This document shows, piece by piece, positions 47,895 through 57,870 of a stretch of 64,000 nucleotides of DNA; the first letter of the stretch is position 1; the number at the start of each line of letters is the position of its first letter. The translations under genes were made by a program, and so were the position numbers. The notes under the pieces are model-generated. The model ran no database searches, was not told where the DNA came from, and saw nothing but the letters and a program-made list of their open reading frames with translations. The DNA is from Thermoanaerobaculia bacterium (lineage in GTDB: Bacteria > Acidobacteriota > Thermoanaerobaculia > UBA5066), in contig CAWEJK010000009.1 in the NCBI GenBank assembly GCA_963809425.1, positions 150,526 to 214,525 on the forward strand. Reading direction: 5' to 3'.

Positions 47895-49583
47895 CTAGCG
47901 CGACCCCGTCCCGGCGCCTTTCGCGGGCGCCGCCGAAGCGGTCATCGCGATCTTGCCGTGCAGGATCTCGCCGGCCTTGAACTGCGCCTGGCGGGACATG
48001 TCGATCGACTCGCCGAGGATGCGGGCCGTTTCCTGCGGAGCGTGGAAGCCCATCGAGTTCTCGGCGGCCACCATGTCGAGGCGCCATTGCGCGGCGCGCT
48101 GCAGTTCGCCCAGCTCCTTGATGGCCGCGTCCTTCTCCACGACCGCACGCCACATGGCCAGGAGGTTCGCCTTCGTCTCGGCGGCCAGCTTCTTGTCCTG
48201 GTCTTCTTTCGCGAGCTTCTGGAAGTCGGCGTTCTTCTCCAGCGTTTCCCTGGCCTTGGCCGCGGCGGCCGGGCGATTCCGATCGTCGTAGGGCGTCCTC
48301 ACGGCAACGATGGCGTCGATCATGGCGACCGCCGCCTGGCCGGCGCGTGTCATGAGGGCGAAGTGGCGGTCCTGAATTGCCTCGACCCGGCTCTTGAGCT
48401 CCTCGTCGCTGTAGGGGTGGCAGGTGGCGCAGGAGCGATTCGCCGAAAGCAGCGGGCTGCGGACCCAGTGCTCCGAGATCTTCTGGGCGCCGTCGCGGCG
48501 GTAGGACATGTGGCAGTCGGCGCAGGCCACGCCGCTCCGGGCGTGAATCCCCTGGCTCCACATCTCGAACTCGGGGTGCTGGGCCTTGAGGATCTCCATG
48601 CCGGTTTCGGCGTGGGTCCAGTCCTTGAAGCGCTGCCCCTTCACCTGCATGCCGTCGTAGAGGTGCTCCATTTCCTCGACCTTCAACCCCTCGGCCCACG
48701 GGAAGAAGATCGTCGTGCCCTTGCCGCAGAAGTACTCCACGTGGCACTGGGCGCAGACGTAGGAGCGCTTCTCCTGCCGGGTGGCGTCCACGTTCGGATC
48801 GTAGGCACGGGCACGGCCGCTCTTGCGCCAGCGTTCGACGCTCGGGAGGTGCGCCGCGTCGCCGGTGGAAGCGGCGAACTTCTGGATCCCGGTGATGAAG
48901 GCCGGCCGCGTGATGCGCAGCTCCATCGACTTCGGATCGTGGCAGTCGACGCAGGAGACCGGGTGGGCCTTGCCGCCGCCGAGCTGCTCGAGCTGCTTGT
49001 GCGTGTCCCAGTAGCTGAGGTCGCCGACCGCCGCCAGGCCCTTCTGGATCTGCTCGGCATCGCTGGCCTGCGGGGCCGCCTCCTTTCCGAGCTTCCTGTA
49101 GAGCGGCATGATCGAGGCGTGGCAGTGCAGGCAGTTGCCCGACTGCTTGTTCTCGGCGGGAACGTTGCGCTTCGTGTTCTCCTGGTCGAAGAGCATGAAG
49201 CTGTGGCCGCGGCGGTCGCGGAAGTCGACCGCGAACAGGTACCCGGCGAAGATCCGCGTCAGCCACGGGTCACGCGCCGCCTTCTGGGGCGGCACCACGC
49301 CCTCGGCCCCGCCCCAGCCGCCGCCGTACTTCGTGTGGGTCGGCTCGGAGGTGCGCTTGTAGCCGTCGAACTCGCGCGGCCAGTTCGTGCCCCACTTCGC
49401 CGGGTCCACGTCGTTCTCCGTCACCTCGACGAGCTTGACGTAGGAGTTCTTGGCCTCCTGCTTCCGCTCGGCGATGTTGACGAGCAGGGCGGCGGCGCCG
49501 ATGGCCCCGAGGGCGAAAGCGCCCGCGACGAGCCCGATGACGAGCCCGCGCTTTTTCTGGGGGGCCTGGCTCTCTGCGGTCAT
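47895..49583 (-). CDS. nrfA: Ammonia-forming cytochrome c nitrite reductase, catalytic subunit (CxxCH first heme)
   Basis: Five heme motifs CLHCH, CVDCH, CAQCH, CADCH and CATCH; also RRGH, CHVEY, KAQHPEFE and AENSMGFHAP. Confidence 0.95.
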   Translation of the reverse strand: MTAESQAPQKKRGLVIGLVAGAFALGAIGAAALLVNIAERKQEAKNSYVKLVEVTENDVDPAKWGTNWPREFDGYKRTSEPTHTKYGGGWGGAEGVVPPQKAARDPWLTRIFAGYLFAVDFRDRRGHSFMLFDQENTKRNVPAENKQSGNCLHCHASIMPLYRKLGKEAAPQASDAEQIQKGLAAVGDLSYWDTHKQLEQLGGGKAHPVSCVDCHDPKSMELRITRPAFITGIQKFAASTGDAAHLPSVERWRKSGRARAYDPNVDATRQEKRSYVCAQCHVEYFCGKGTTIFFPWAEGLKVEEMEHLYDGMQVKGQRFKDWTHAETGMEILKAQHPEFEMWSQGIHARSGVACADCHMSYRRDGAQKISEHWVRSPLLSANRSCATCHPYSDEELKSRVEAIQDRHFALMTRAGQAAVAMIDAIVAVRTPYDDRNRPAAAAKARETLEKNADFQKLAKEDQDKKLAAETKANLLAMWRAVVEKDAAIKELGELQRAAQWRLDMVAAENSMGFHAPQETARILGESIDMSRQAQFKAGEILHGKIAMTASAAPAKGAGTGSR

Positions 49584-49625
49584 GAGGTGCTCCTTCCTGG
49601 GCGGAGTGACGGTTGAAGTCGGTGG

Positions 49626-50084
49626 TCAGCGCTGGTGGCCGACTGAAGCGTGGCAACGGATGCAAGAAACCTCGCCGCCGTGGGCCATCGAGTCGACGAG
49701 GTCGGCGTGGCAGCGGCGGCAGTTGGACTCGACGACCGCCGAACTTTCCGGTCGGGCCCGGATGACGTCCGGGAAGCCGCCCAGAGTGAAGGCCAGGGAG
49801 TGGTGCCAGCCGTTGAGCGCCTTCACCGCGTACCTGGAGACCGGCCCGGCCGGCGTGTGACAGTCGTTGCAGGTGGCGACCCCGTGATGCGGAGCGGCCT
49901 GCCAGCCTGCGTAGTGCCCGGCCATCACGTGGCAGTTTGCACAGGTGGCCGGGTCGTTCCCCATGTAGGACGAGCCCTTGGCGTAGTGGAAGGCGTAGGC
50001 GCCGATCCCGAGCGCCACTCCTGCCACGGCGGCGGCAAGGGTCAAGGGGATCGGAAAGAGGGAGAAGCCGCGGCTCGTCTTCAT
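49626..50084 (-). CDS. nrfH: Cytochrome c nitrite reductase small subunit
   Basis: N-terminal TM segment; hemes CANCH, CNDCH, CRRCH and CIRCH; directly upstream of nrfA. Confidence 0.94.
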   Translation of the reverse strand: MKTSRGFSLFPIPLTLAAAVAGVALGIGAYAFHYAKGSSYMGNDPATCANCHVMAGHYAGWQAAPHHGVATCNDCHTPAGPVSRYAVKALNGWHHSLAFTLGGFPDVIRARPESSAVVESNCRRCHADLVDSMAHGGEVSCIRCHASVGHQR

Positions 50085-50201
50085 CAACGCGCTGGGACGT
50101 TTAGCCTTCCGGTGATTCCGCGTCGATGAACCAGGTGAATCAAGCAGCTTTCATTGCCGTGGACTACTTCGTCTCGACGGGACGGAGACGTCGGCCTCCG
50201 C

Positions 50202-51353
50202 TCAGATCTGCGTTCCCTCGTTGAGCAGCTCCAGGAAGGCCGTGTATGCGAAGACACGGCCTCGCTTCTTCTTCGTCGTCTCCCTGACGATCCTTAGCGT
50301 CTCCATCCCCTGCAGCGCCTTCGTGACGGTCGGCGTCGTCAGGCGCGTCCGGGCGCAGAGTCGCGGGATGGTGCCGAGCGGGCGTATCTGAAGCTCGTGG
50401 TGCACGCGCAGCGCGGAGCTCGCCCCGCGCCCCAACGTCCGGATCCGTTCCCGGTCTTTCTGGAACAGCCTCGCGAGCGCGCGAGCCGTCTCGACAGCAC
50501 CCTCCGCCGTCGCCGACACGCCGTCCGCGAAGAACGCGAGCCATGCCTCCCAGTCGCCTCCTGTCCGAACCGTCTGGAGCAGCTCGTAGTACCGGGCGCG
50601 ACGCTGTTTCAGATACAGGCTGAGGTAGAGAAGGGGCTCCCGGAGAACCCCCTCCTTCCAGAGAAGGAGGGTGACGAGCAGCCGCCCCACCCGCCCATTG
50701 CCGTCGAGAAACGGATGGATCGTCTCGAACTGAACGTGAGAGAGCGCCGCCTTGACGAGAGTCGGCACGGATTCGTCGTGGAGGAAGCGTTCGAGCTCTG
50801 CCATGCACTCCTCGACGCGATCCGGAGGCGGAGGAACGAAGCGCGCGTTTCCCGGGCGCGTTCCGCCGATCCAGTTCTGACTCCGCCGGAACTCGCCGGG
50901 CGTCTTGTCGGCGCCGCGCCCCTTCGCCACGAGGATTCCATGGATCTCACGGAGCAGGCGGTTCGAAAGAGGGAACCCGGCTCGCAGCCGCGCGAGGCCG
51001 TGCTCGATCGCCGCGACGTACCGCGACACTTCCGTGACGTCGCCGAGGGGAACCCCCGGAAGCTCTTCGAGCTCGAAGAGGAGAAGGTCGGAAAGGGAGG
51101 ACTGCGTCCCTTCGATCTGGGACGAGAGGACCGCTTCCTTTCGAACGTACGTGTAGAGGAAGAGCCGGGTATCGGGCAGAAGCGCGGAGACGGCGTCGAG
51201 GCGCCCGAGCGCGAGGAGCGCACGGTCGAGCTTCTCCCGGACGGCCTCGAACGCGATTCCCGGCACGGGAGGGAGCGGGTGCGGGACGAATGCGCGCACC
51301 GTCTCCCCACCAACGCTCAGGCTCGAGAACTCTCCTGTCGGTCCACGATTCAT
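50202..51353 (-). CDS. Fic family protein with C-terminal wHTH-like region
   Basis: KEAVLSSQIEGTQ N-terminal motif and the catalytic HPFLDGNGRVGR. Confidence 0.94.
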   Translation of the reverse strand: MNRGPTGEFSSLSVGGETVRAFVPHPLPPVPGIAFEAVREKLDRALLALGRLDAVSALLPDTRLFLYTYVRKEAVLSSQIEGTQSSLSDLLLFELEELPGVPLGDVTEVSRYVAAIEHGLARLRAGFPLSNRLLREIHGILVAKGRGADKTPGEFRRSQNWIGGTRPGNARFVPPPPDRVEECMAELERFLHDESVPTLVKAALSHVQFETIHPFLDGNGRVGRLLVTLLLWKEGVLREPLLYLSLYLKQRRARYYELLQTVRTGGDWEAWLAFFADGVSATAEGAVETARALARLFQKDRERIRTLGRGASSALRVHHELQIRPLGTIPRLCARTRLTTPTVTKALQGMETLRIVRETTKKKRGRVFAYTAFLELLNEGTQI

Positions 51354-51373
51354 GGATGCCTTCCCGGGAACGG

Positions 51374-51427
51374 ACCTTTAATAGCGACCGACGCTATTAA
51401 AGCATAATGCCTTAACCTTTAATAGCG
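51374..51427. repeat. Triple operator-like repeat upstream of the Fic gene
   Basis: CTTTAATAGCG-ACCGA-CGCTATTAAAG (perfect 11-bp inverted repeat, 51376-51402) and ACCTTTAATAGCG direct repeat at 51374 and 51415. Confidence 0.85.
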
Positions 51428-51464
51428 TAGAGGTCCGCCCATAGCCCGCCTTCCCGGATAGCGA

Positions 51465-53998
51465 TCAGCGACGCTTCGCGGCCTCGCGCCCGATCCGTCC
51501 GTCGAGGTCCCGCCAGGCGTCGTCTTTCTTCACCGCGCCCTGGGCAAGGTAGGCCCAGTGGCCGGCGAAGGCGCCGCGCGCCGGGAGAGCTTTCTCGGCC
51601 TTTTTCACGTCGCCCTCGCCGGGCGCCGGAGACGCCTGGGGCCCGAGCGCGGCGAACGCGGCGTCGAAGAGCCGAGTCCCTTCCGCCTCGTTCCTCTTCT
51701 GCCGGGACGCGAGGTAGCCGAGGAAATACAGGGCCTGGAATGAATGGGGATTCGTCACGAGAACCTTTCGGAACGTCCGCTCGGCGCCCGCGGCGTCTCC
51801 CGTGGCGAGGGCGACTTCGCCGGAGCGCACGACCCAGCCCGTCTCCTCCGTGTAGATGCCGCCCGCGCTCTCGTAGTTCTTCCGCGCCGCCGCGAGGTCC
51901 CGCAGCGGACCGGAGGCGGGATCCGCGAGGAGGTCGCCGAGCGCGCCGTGGGCCCTCTGGCTGCGCGGCTGGATCTTCAGGAGCGCCTCGAACTCCGCCT
52001 TCGCAGCCGCGCGGTCGCCCTGCTCGAGAAGCAGGTTTCCGAGCGCGTACCGGCAGTCCTCGTGCCGCGGGTCGATCTCGAGCGCCTTGCGGTACGCCGC
52101 GATCGACGCCGCGAAGTCACGCTTCGCGAACGCGGACCGCGCCGCGTTGTACGCGTCCCAGAACGCGAGCGTCCGCGCGCGGTTGTCCGGGAGGGCGCGC
52201 GGCGCCGCTTCCCCCTCGACGAGGAGGTACGCGCGGTCGCCCGCGAGGTCGCGGAACGCGGCCGTCGCGCCCGAGGGCCAGCGGACGGTCAGGACGTCGG
52301 CCTTCGCCGCGGTCCCGAGGCCGAAGATCGCCTCGGGCGCGCTCTGCGACAGGTACGACGAGCCCGCGCCGATCTCGCGGATCTGGCGCTTGCCGCCCGC
52401 CTCGAGGACGAGCTTCGTCCCGAACGCCGAGCGGTTCGATTTCCGGCCCTCGCAGCGGATCGCGATCCGGTGGTTCGGCGGGCCTCCCTCGGCCTTGAGG
52501 AGGACGAGCTTCCCGCCGTTCACGACGACCGCGATCTCCTCTCGCAGGTCTCCGTCCACGTCGGCGATCGCGAGCCCCCGCCCGACGCGGGGCACGGTCA
52601 GGTCCGCGCCGGAGAGCGGCGCCACGTCGACGAAGCCCTTCTCTCCGAGGTTCCGGAAGAGGCGCATCGGCATCGGAACGAGCTTCCGCGTGTCTGCGGG
52701 CTCCTCGAACGTGGAGCCGTTCGCGACGACGATGTCGGGCAGCCCGTCGCCGTCCACGTCGAGGAACGCCGTCCCCCACGCGATGTCGTCCGTGGAGACC
52801 TGTCCGAGACCGGTGCGCTCGGCGGCGTCCTCGAAGTCGAGCGTCCGGCTCTTGCCTGCCCCCAGCTTGTTCAGGTAGAGCGCGTTCGCCTCCGCGATCC
52901 AGTGCGTGACGAAGAGATCGAGCGCACCGTCGCCGTTCGCGTCGCCGACCGCGATCCCCATCGCGCCGCGGTAGTCGGCCACGTGCGCCTCGTGTCCGCG
53001 GTCGGAGAAGAGGCCGTTGCCTTCGTTCACGAACAGCGCGCCCTCGGAAACGTCGTTCGCCACGTAGAGGTCGGGCCTCCCGTCGTCGTTCAGGTCCGCG
53101 AACGTGGCCGACAGGCTTCGCCCCTCGGCGTTCGCGATCCCGGCCTCGACGGCCATCTCCCGGAAGCGGCCCTTCCCCTCGTTGTGGAAGTAGAGGTTCG
53201 CGATCGGCGGGTACGAGGAGGGGTTGATCGTGAACGGGCTCGTCGCATGGCCGAACTTCGAGGCCTTCCCGGCGTCCTTCGGGTCGAACCGGTACCCGAC
53301 GTAGCCGCAGATGTAGAGGTCGAGGAGGCCGTCGCCGTCGGCGTCGCCCCAGACCGCGCCCGTGAAGAAGCCCTTCGGAACCCGCCGAGGCCCGAGGACT
53401 TCGTGACGTCCTCGAACGTGCCGTCGCCCCGGTTGTGGAAGAGGCGGATCCCGCCGTACGACGTGACGAGGAGGTCCGGGTAGCCGTCGTTGTCGAAGTC
53501 GCCCCAGGCGGCTCCCATGTACGTTCCCTTCAGGTCCGAGAGCCCGGCCTCGACCGTCACGTCGGTGAACGTGCCGCCGTCGTTCCGATAAAGGCGGCAG
53601 CCTCCTTTCGCGGCGCGCGCTTCGTCGGGCGTCAGTGTCAACGGTCCGATCGTGTCGACGACGAAGAGGTCCCAGTCGCCGTCGCCGTCGTAGTCGGCGA
53701 ACGCGCAGCCCGAGCCCATGTCCTCGGGAAGCTGCGTCGAGCGCGGCCCCGCGGAGAAGTGAGCAAAGTCGATCCCGCGACTCGATGCCACGTCCCGGAA
53801 GACGACGCCCCAGCCCGCGCCCGAGACTTCCTTCTTGAGGACGTCCGTCACTCCCTCGACCGCCGCGCCCGGCGTGTAGGGCGCGTCGTCCCCCTTCCGC
53901 GTGAACCAGAGCACCGCGCACGCGCCGAGGCCCGCCAGAGAGAGGGCCATCAGGACGCGCCAGTGCGTCCAGCGCTCCAGGAAGGGCCGCCGGGCCAC
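51465..53998 (-). CDS. FG-GAP/CRTAC1-like (ASPIC/UnbV) protein with C-terminal TPRs, frameshifted near 53382
   Basis: DYDGDGDWDL, DFDNDGYPDL, DADGDGLLDL and DLNDDGRPDL repeats; SYLSQS....FGLG...VRWPSG; TPR tail. Two overlapping ORFs join at SGLGG|PKGFFTG. Confidence 0.85.
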
Positions 53999-53999
53999 G

Positions 54000-56051
54000 T
54001 CAGTCGACGATCTCGACCGTCGTGCGCGCCTGCGCGAGGTCGGTGATCGGCGCCGAGAGACCCTTGCCCGGGAAGAGGAAGTCGACGAGGTACTGGTCCA
54101 GCTTCCGGTAGTGGAGCGTCGCGAGGATGTCGAGCTTCCCGCGCGGCGGCGCGGGGATCGTCAGGTCGCGCGGGGGCTTGTGGCCCTCGAGCGTGCCGGG
54201 GCAGCCGAACGCGTACTCGGCGGCGTCGGAGTAGCCCGGGAAGAGGCTCCGGCGGTACCGCACCCCGACCATCTCCCAGAGGTTGTGCCGGTCGATGAGG
54301 TTCCCGTACTGGTCCACGGGCTCGGCCTTGAAGAGGAAGGTGCCGGGCGGGATCATTTTCTTCTCGTCCGGCTTCCCCGACGCGAAGACGATCTTGCCGG
54401 TCTCGTCCTTCACCTCGACCTCGACCCACGACTGGATCAGGTCGAGCGGTCCCGTCGGGTAGTCGTGCCCCACCTTGTTCGACGTGATCACGACGCGCAG
54501 CTTCAGCGGCTCGCCCCGGCGGGCCGTCGCCGGCGCGTCGAGGTCGAGCTGCACGACGGCGCCCGTTGCCCACTTGCCCGCGATCTCCGGGATCTCGACC
54601 TCTCCCTTGAGCCACTTCTTCACGAGCGCGACCTGCTCCTCGCCTCCCGGGAGCTTCAGGAGCGCGGGCATGTACTGGTTCGCGCCGAGGAAACGATGGC
54701 TCCGGTGCTTGCCGTCGGCCGCGGTCCGGTTGTAGTCGGCCGTGTCGCCCGAAGCGGGCTCGCGGCCGTCGAGGAGCGGCATGTGGCACTCGCGGCACTC
54801 GACCGTCTTCTTCGCGTCCTTCGGATGGTTCCACTTGCTCTTCCGCCAGTTGTCGTACTGGTTCTGGAGCTGGACCCAGCCGAAGTTGTTGACCTCCTGG
54901 TCGACGAACTGCTTGTGGCAGGCGGCGCAGTACTCCGGGGTCTTGAACATTCGCTTCTCGAGCGAGTCCACGTGGTGCCCCGGATAGCTCCGGATCAGGA
55001 AGTACGAGGCGAGCTTCAGGGGCGCGCTCTTCGCGGTCTCGAAGAGGTACCGCTTCGGAGGCCTGATGACGTAGTTCGCGTTGCCCTGCACGTCCGTCTT
55101 CGTGACGGCGTGGCAGGACAGGCACGAGACGCCTTCCTGGAAGCCGAGGTCCTCCGTCAGCTTCTCCTTGAAGACGACCTTCGCGCCGGAGAAGAGGGAG
55201 ATCGGATCGTGGCAGCCGCCGCAATAGCGCGTCGACTCCGGGCCGTTCTGCTTTCCCATCTCCTCCTGGACCCTCTGGAACGCGGGGTCGAGCGCGGACC
55301 AGCGGTGCGCCGAGACCGACCACTCCGCGTAGATCGCCGAGTGGCAGCCCGAGTCGCCGCAGGACGCCGAGCCCGCGAGCGCTTCGGGGGCGAGCGCGCC
55401 GTTCGACTCGGTCCGCGCGAGGCTCGGCGCGAACGGGCGGTCCTTTCCGTATGGCGTCCGGTAGTCGGTCGGGAAACGCCCGACCGTCTTCGGGCCGTCG
55501 TAGAGGAGGCTCGCCGGGAAGGCGAGAAGGAGCAGGATCGCGGGCACGCCGACGAGCGCTCCGACGTATCCGCGTCGCGCCGCGGAGAAGGCTCCGGCCG
55601 ACACGCCTTCGGCCGGGCTCCTCCGGCGGAGCGGCCAGAGATGCGCGAAGAGGAGAACCACGAGCGCGATCGACGGGACGAGGTGGAGCGTCCGGGCGAG
55701 AGGCGGCACGCGGTCCGAGAAGAGAGCGAGGTACGTCACCCAGAGGCCGGTCCCCTCCGCGAGGACGACCGCGCCGAGCCCGCAGTAGCCGAGCACCTTC
55801 GACGGCGTCAGGGCGTCGGCCCGGTATTCCAGGAAATGCCGCCAGAGATAGAGCCCGACCGGGACGAGCGACAGGAAGCCCGCCACGGTGTGGAGAAGGA
55901 CGGTCCACTCGAGAACCGGCGAGAAGCGGATGAAACGCAGCGGCAGGCCGCTCACCACGAGGTAGACGAGAAGCCCGGCGGCAATCCGGGAGAGAAGCCC
56001 GGCCCAGCCGGCGGTACGGGTGGCACGGGATCCCGGCGCGGAACTGCTCAT
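54000..56051 (-). CDS. Membrane-anchored multiheme cytochrome c
   Basis: About 5 N-terminal TM helices, then CGDSGCH, CGGCH, CLSCH, CAACH and CRECH; GHDYPTG; GAGGTG RBS before ATG 56051. Confidence 0.85.
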   Translation of the reverse strand: MSSSAPGSRATRTAGWAGLLSRIAAGLLVYLVVSGLPLRFIRFSPVLEWTVLLHTVAGFLSLVPVGLYLWRHFLEYRADALTPSKVLGYCGLGAVVLAEGTGLWVTYLALFSDRVPPLARTLHLVPSIALVVLLFAHLWPLRRRSPAEGVSAGAFSAARRGYVGALVGVPAILLLLAFPASLLYDGPKTVGRFPTDYRTPYGKDRPFAPSLARTESNGALAPEALAGSASCGDSGCHSAIYAEWSVSAHRWSALDPAFQRVQEEMGKQNGPESTRYCGGCHDPISLFSGAKVVFKEKLTEDLGFQEGVSCLSCHAVTKTDVQGNANYVIRPPKRYLFETAKSAPLKLASYFLIRSYPGHHVDSLEKRMFKTPEYCAACHKQFVDQEVNNFGWVQLQNQYDNWRKSKWNHPKDAKKTVECRECHMPLLDGREPASGDTADYNRTAADGKHRSHRFLGANQYMPALLKLPGGEEQVALVKKWLKGEVEIPEIAGKWATGAVVQLDLDAPATARRGEPLKLRVVITSNKVGHDYPTGPLDLIQSWVEVEVKDETGKIVFASGKPDEKKMIPPGTFLFKAEPVDQYGNLIDRHNLWEMVGVRYRRSLFPGYSDAAEYAFGCPGTLEGHKPPRDLTIPAPPRGKLDILATLHYRKLDQYLVDFLFPGKGLSAPITDLAQARTTVEIVD

Positions 56052-56099
56052 GAACTTCACCTCAAAGGATGACGTGTCGAGGACGACTCTTGCGGATGG

Positions 56100-56363
56100 T
56101 CAGTGGCCCGAGCAGCCGGGAACGGATCCGAGGAAGACGTCGTCGCCACGACGCTCGAGCTTGCCCTTCGACGCGAGAAACGCGAGCACCTCGTCGAACG
56201 AAAACCTGTCGCCGTGGCAGTTCGCGTACACGGCATCCGCGCCGAACGCGCCCGCCGCCGCGTTGCGGAGCGCGTCTACGCTCGCCTTCCCTGCCATCCC
56301 CTGGAGGAGCGAGAGCAGGTCGTGGCCGAAAACGGGAGCGCGCTCCTCGACGAGAGGTTCCAT
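56100..56363 (-). CDS. YecH/DUF2492-like metal-binding protein
   Basis: GHDLLSLL...FGADAVYANC.....FDEVLAFLASKGK...CSGH; start overlaps the FmdB stop. Confidence 0.75.
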   Translation of the reverse strand: MEPLVEERAPVFGHDLLSLLQGMAGKASVDALRNAAAGAFGADAVYANCHGDRFSFDEVLAFLASKGKLERRGDDVFLGSVPGCSGH

Positions 56364-56608
56364 CAAGAGGCCGGCGTGGCGCGCCCGCAGAACTCCGGGT
56401 TGCCGCAGGGGCCGCCGCCGCATGCCGTCGCGGCGTCGAAACCGCCGCTCGAGGGAAGGGTCGTCTGGGCGGCGAACGTCGACAGAAGGCGTTCGACCTT
56501 CTTCGAGCCGCACGAGGAGCAAACCGGCCGCCGCGCCGCGTCGCCCGCGAGCACGAGGTCCTCGGTCTTCTTTCCGCAATCCGAGCAGCGATATTCCAGG
56601 AGAGGCAT
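56363..56608 (-). CDS. FmdB family zinc-ribbon protein
   Basis: MPLLEYRCSDCG...CSSCGS..VERLLS.F plus a C-terminal Cys cluster. Confidence 0.9.
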   Translation of the reverse strand: MPLLEYRCSDCGKKTEDLVLAGDAARRPVCSSCGSKKVERLLSTFAAQTTLPSSGGFDAATACGGGPCGNPEFCGRATPAS

Positions 56609-56737
56609 TTGGCAGGCTCCTGGCCGATTCTACGACGCCGCCGCGGAACGCCCTGATTCAGATGCTCCATGCGGACGCCGTCCCCGCGGACCCACGTTCG
56701 AACTGGAAGCTGGAAACGGCTTCCTTGAGGAGGTTTC

Positions 56738-57196
56738 ATGCGCGTTCAGGACGTGATGACCCGCCGTGTGGAGACGATCGACGATCAGGCGAGCGCGGAG
56801 CTTGCGTACGATTCCATGAGAGTGAAGGGCATCCGGCATCTCGTCGTGAAGAACGGGACCGAGCTCGTGGGGGTGCTCTCCCAGCGAGACCTCGGCGTGG
56901 CCGCGCAGCACGACTTCAGGGAGAAACACGTCGTGGCCGACCTGATGAACACGCACGTCGTCACGGTGGGCCCCGAAGCGTCCGTGAAGCACGCCGCGAA
57001 CCTGATGCGCGGCCGGACGATCGGCTGCCTGCCCGTCGTGAAGGACGGGCCTCGCAACCAGCTCGTCGGCATCGTCACGGTGTCCGACCTTCTCGAGCTG
57101 CTCGGCCGCGGAATCGACCGCCCCGCTCCCGGCAAGCGGGTGAACCTCAGGACGCGGGGGCCTCGCGTGGATCCGATGGTGAAACGGAGGCGGTAG
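56738..57196 (+). CDS. CBS domain pair protein
   Basis: MRVQDVMT, IRHLVV...LVGVLSQRD and LPVV...LVGIVTVSD; GGAGG RBS. Confidence 0.92.
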   Translation: MRVQDVMTRRVETIDDQASAELAYDSMRVKGIRHLVVKNGTELVGVLSQRDLGVAAQHDFREKHVVADLMNTHVVTVGPEASVKHAANLMRGRTIGCLPVVKDGPRNQLVGIVTVSDLLELLGRGIDRPAPGKRVNLRTRGPRVDPMVKRRR

Positions 57197-57248
57197 TCCG
57201 CGGTCCGCGAGGCCCAGGGCCCTCAGTAGGGCCGGCTCGCTCGCGTCG

Positions 57249-57827
57249 CTACGACCGCTTCGGCTCGACCTTGTCGTAGATTCCCGCCAGATCCAGCCGA
57301 CACTCGATTGACGGAAGCTGCACCGTCGCGTCGGGATCGCTCGTTTCGGTCAGGTTCCAGCTCCCGTCCGGCTGCCTGACGAAGTGCTCGACGTGCGGCT
57401 CGTCCTGGGCCACGAGAAGGTATTCCGTGAGCGAAGCGATGCGCCGGTACTGCGCGAACTTGCCGCCGCGGTCGTAGTCTTTCGTCGAATCCGACAGCAC
57501 CTCGACGATCACCCGCGGGTTCGTGACCGTGTCGGAGCTCGCGTCTATGAACTTCGGCTCACCGCACACGACGAAAACGTCGGGATAGGTGTAGAGGCCC
57601 TTCCGGCCGACCGCGACACGGAGATCCGTCGCGTGGACCGAACATGTCCGCCCTTTTAGCTGGAGGCCGATCGCGACCACGAGATTCGTCACGATACGGG
57701 AATGAGCGAAGCTCACACCCGCAAGGGCGAAGACCTCACCGTCGAGGTATTCGCTGCGGTGATCGGCGGCGCGCTCCCGCTCCAGGTACTCTTCGGGGCT
57801 GATGCGGGTCGTGGCGTGCGTGGACAT
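57249..57827 (-). CDS. Uma2 family endonuclease
   Basis: Motifs EYLDGEV..AG...H, YPDVFVVC, VEVLS.ST..YDRG.KF..Y and EYLLVAQ. Confidence 0.92.
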   Translation of the reverse strand: MSTHATTRISPEEYLERERAADHRSEYLDGEVFALAGVSFAHSRIVTNLVVAIGLQLKGRTCSVHATDLRVAVGRKGLYTYPDVFVVCGEPKFIDASSDTVTNPRVIVEVLSDSTKDYDRGGKFAQYRRIASLTEYLLVAQDEPHVEHFVRQPDGSWNLTETSDPDATVQLPSIECRLDLAGIYDKVEPKRS

Positions 57828-57870
57828 CCGGAGCCGATTCTAAGCCGTCCCGTACGGTTCGCGCGCGCCC

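Noticed and set aside
50120-50155. FNR/CRP site upstream of nrfH
   Set aside because: Only a TTGAT half-site is present, with no matching ATCAA at the correct spacing.
57206-57241. Hairpin between the convergent CBS and Uma2 genes
   Set aside because: It is a GC stem without a U-tract, too weak to call as a terminator.
57838-57844. Extra TTCTAAG copy of the dispersed motif
   Set aside because: Its flanks do not match the consensus; it is better explained as the TAGAAT -10 element of the Uma2 gene.
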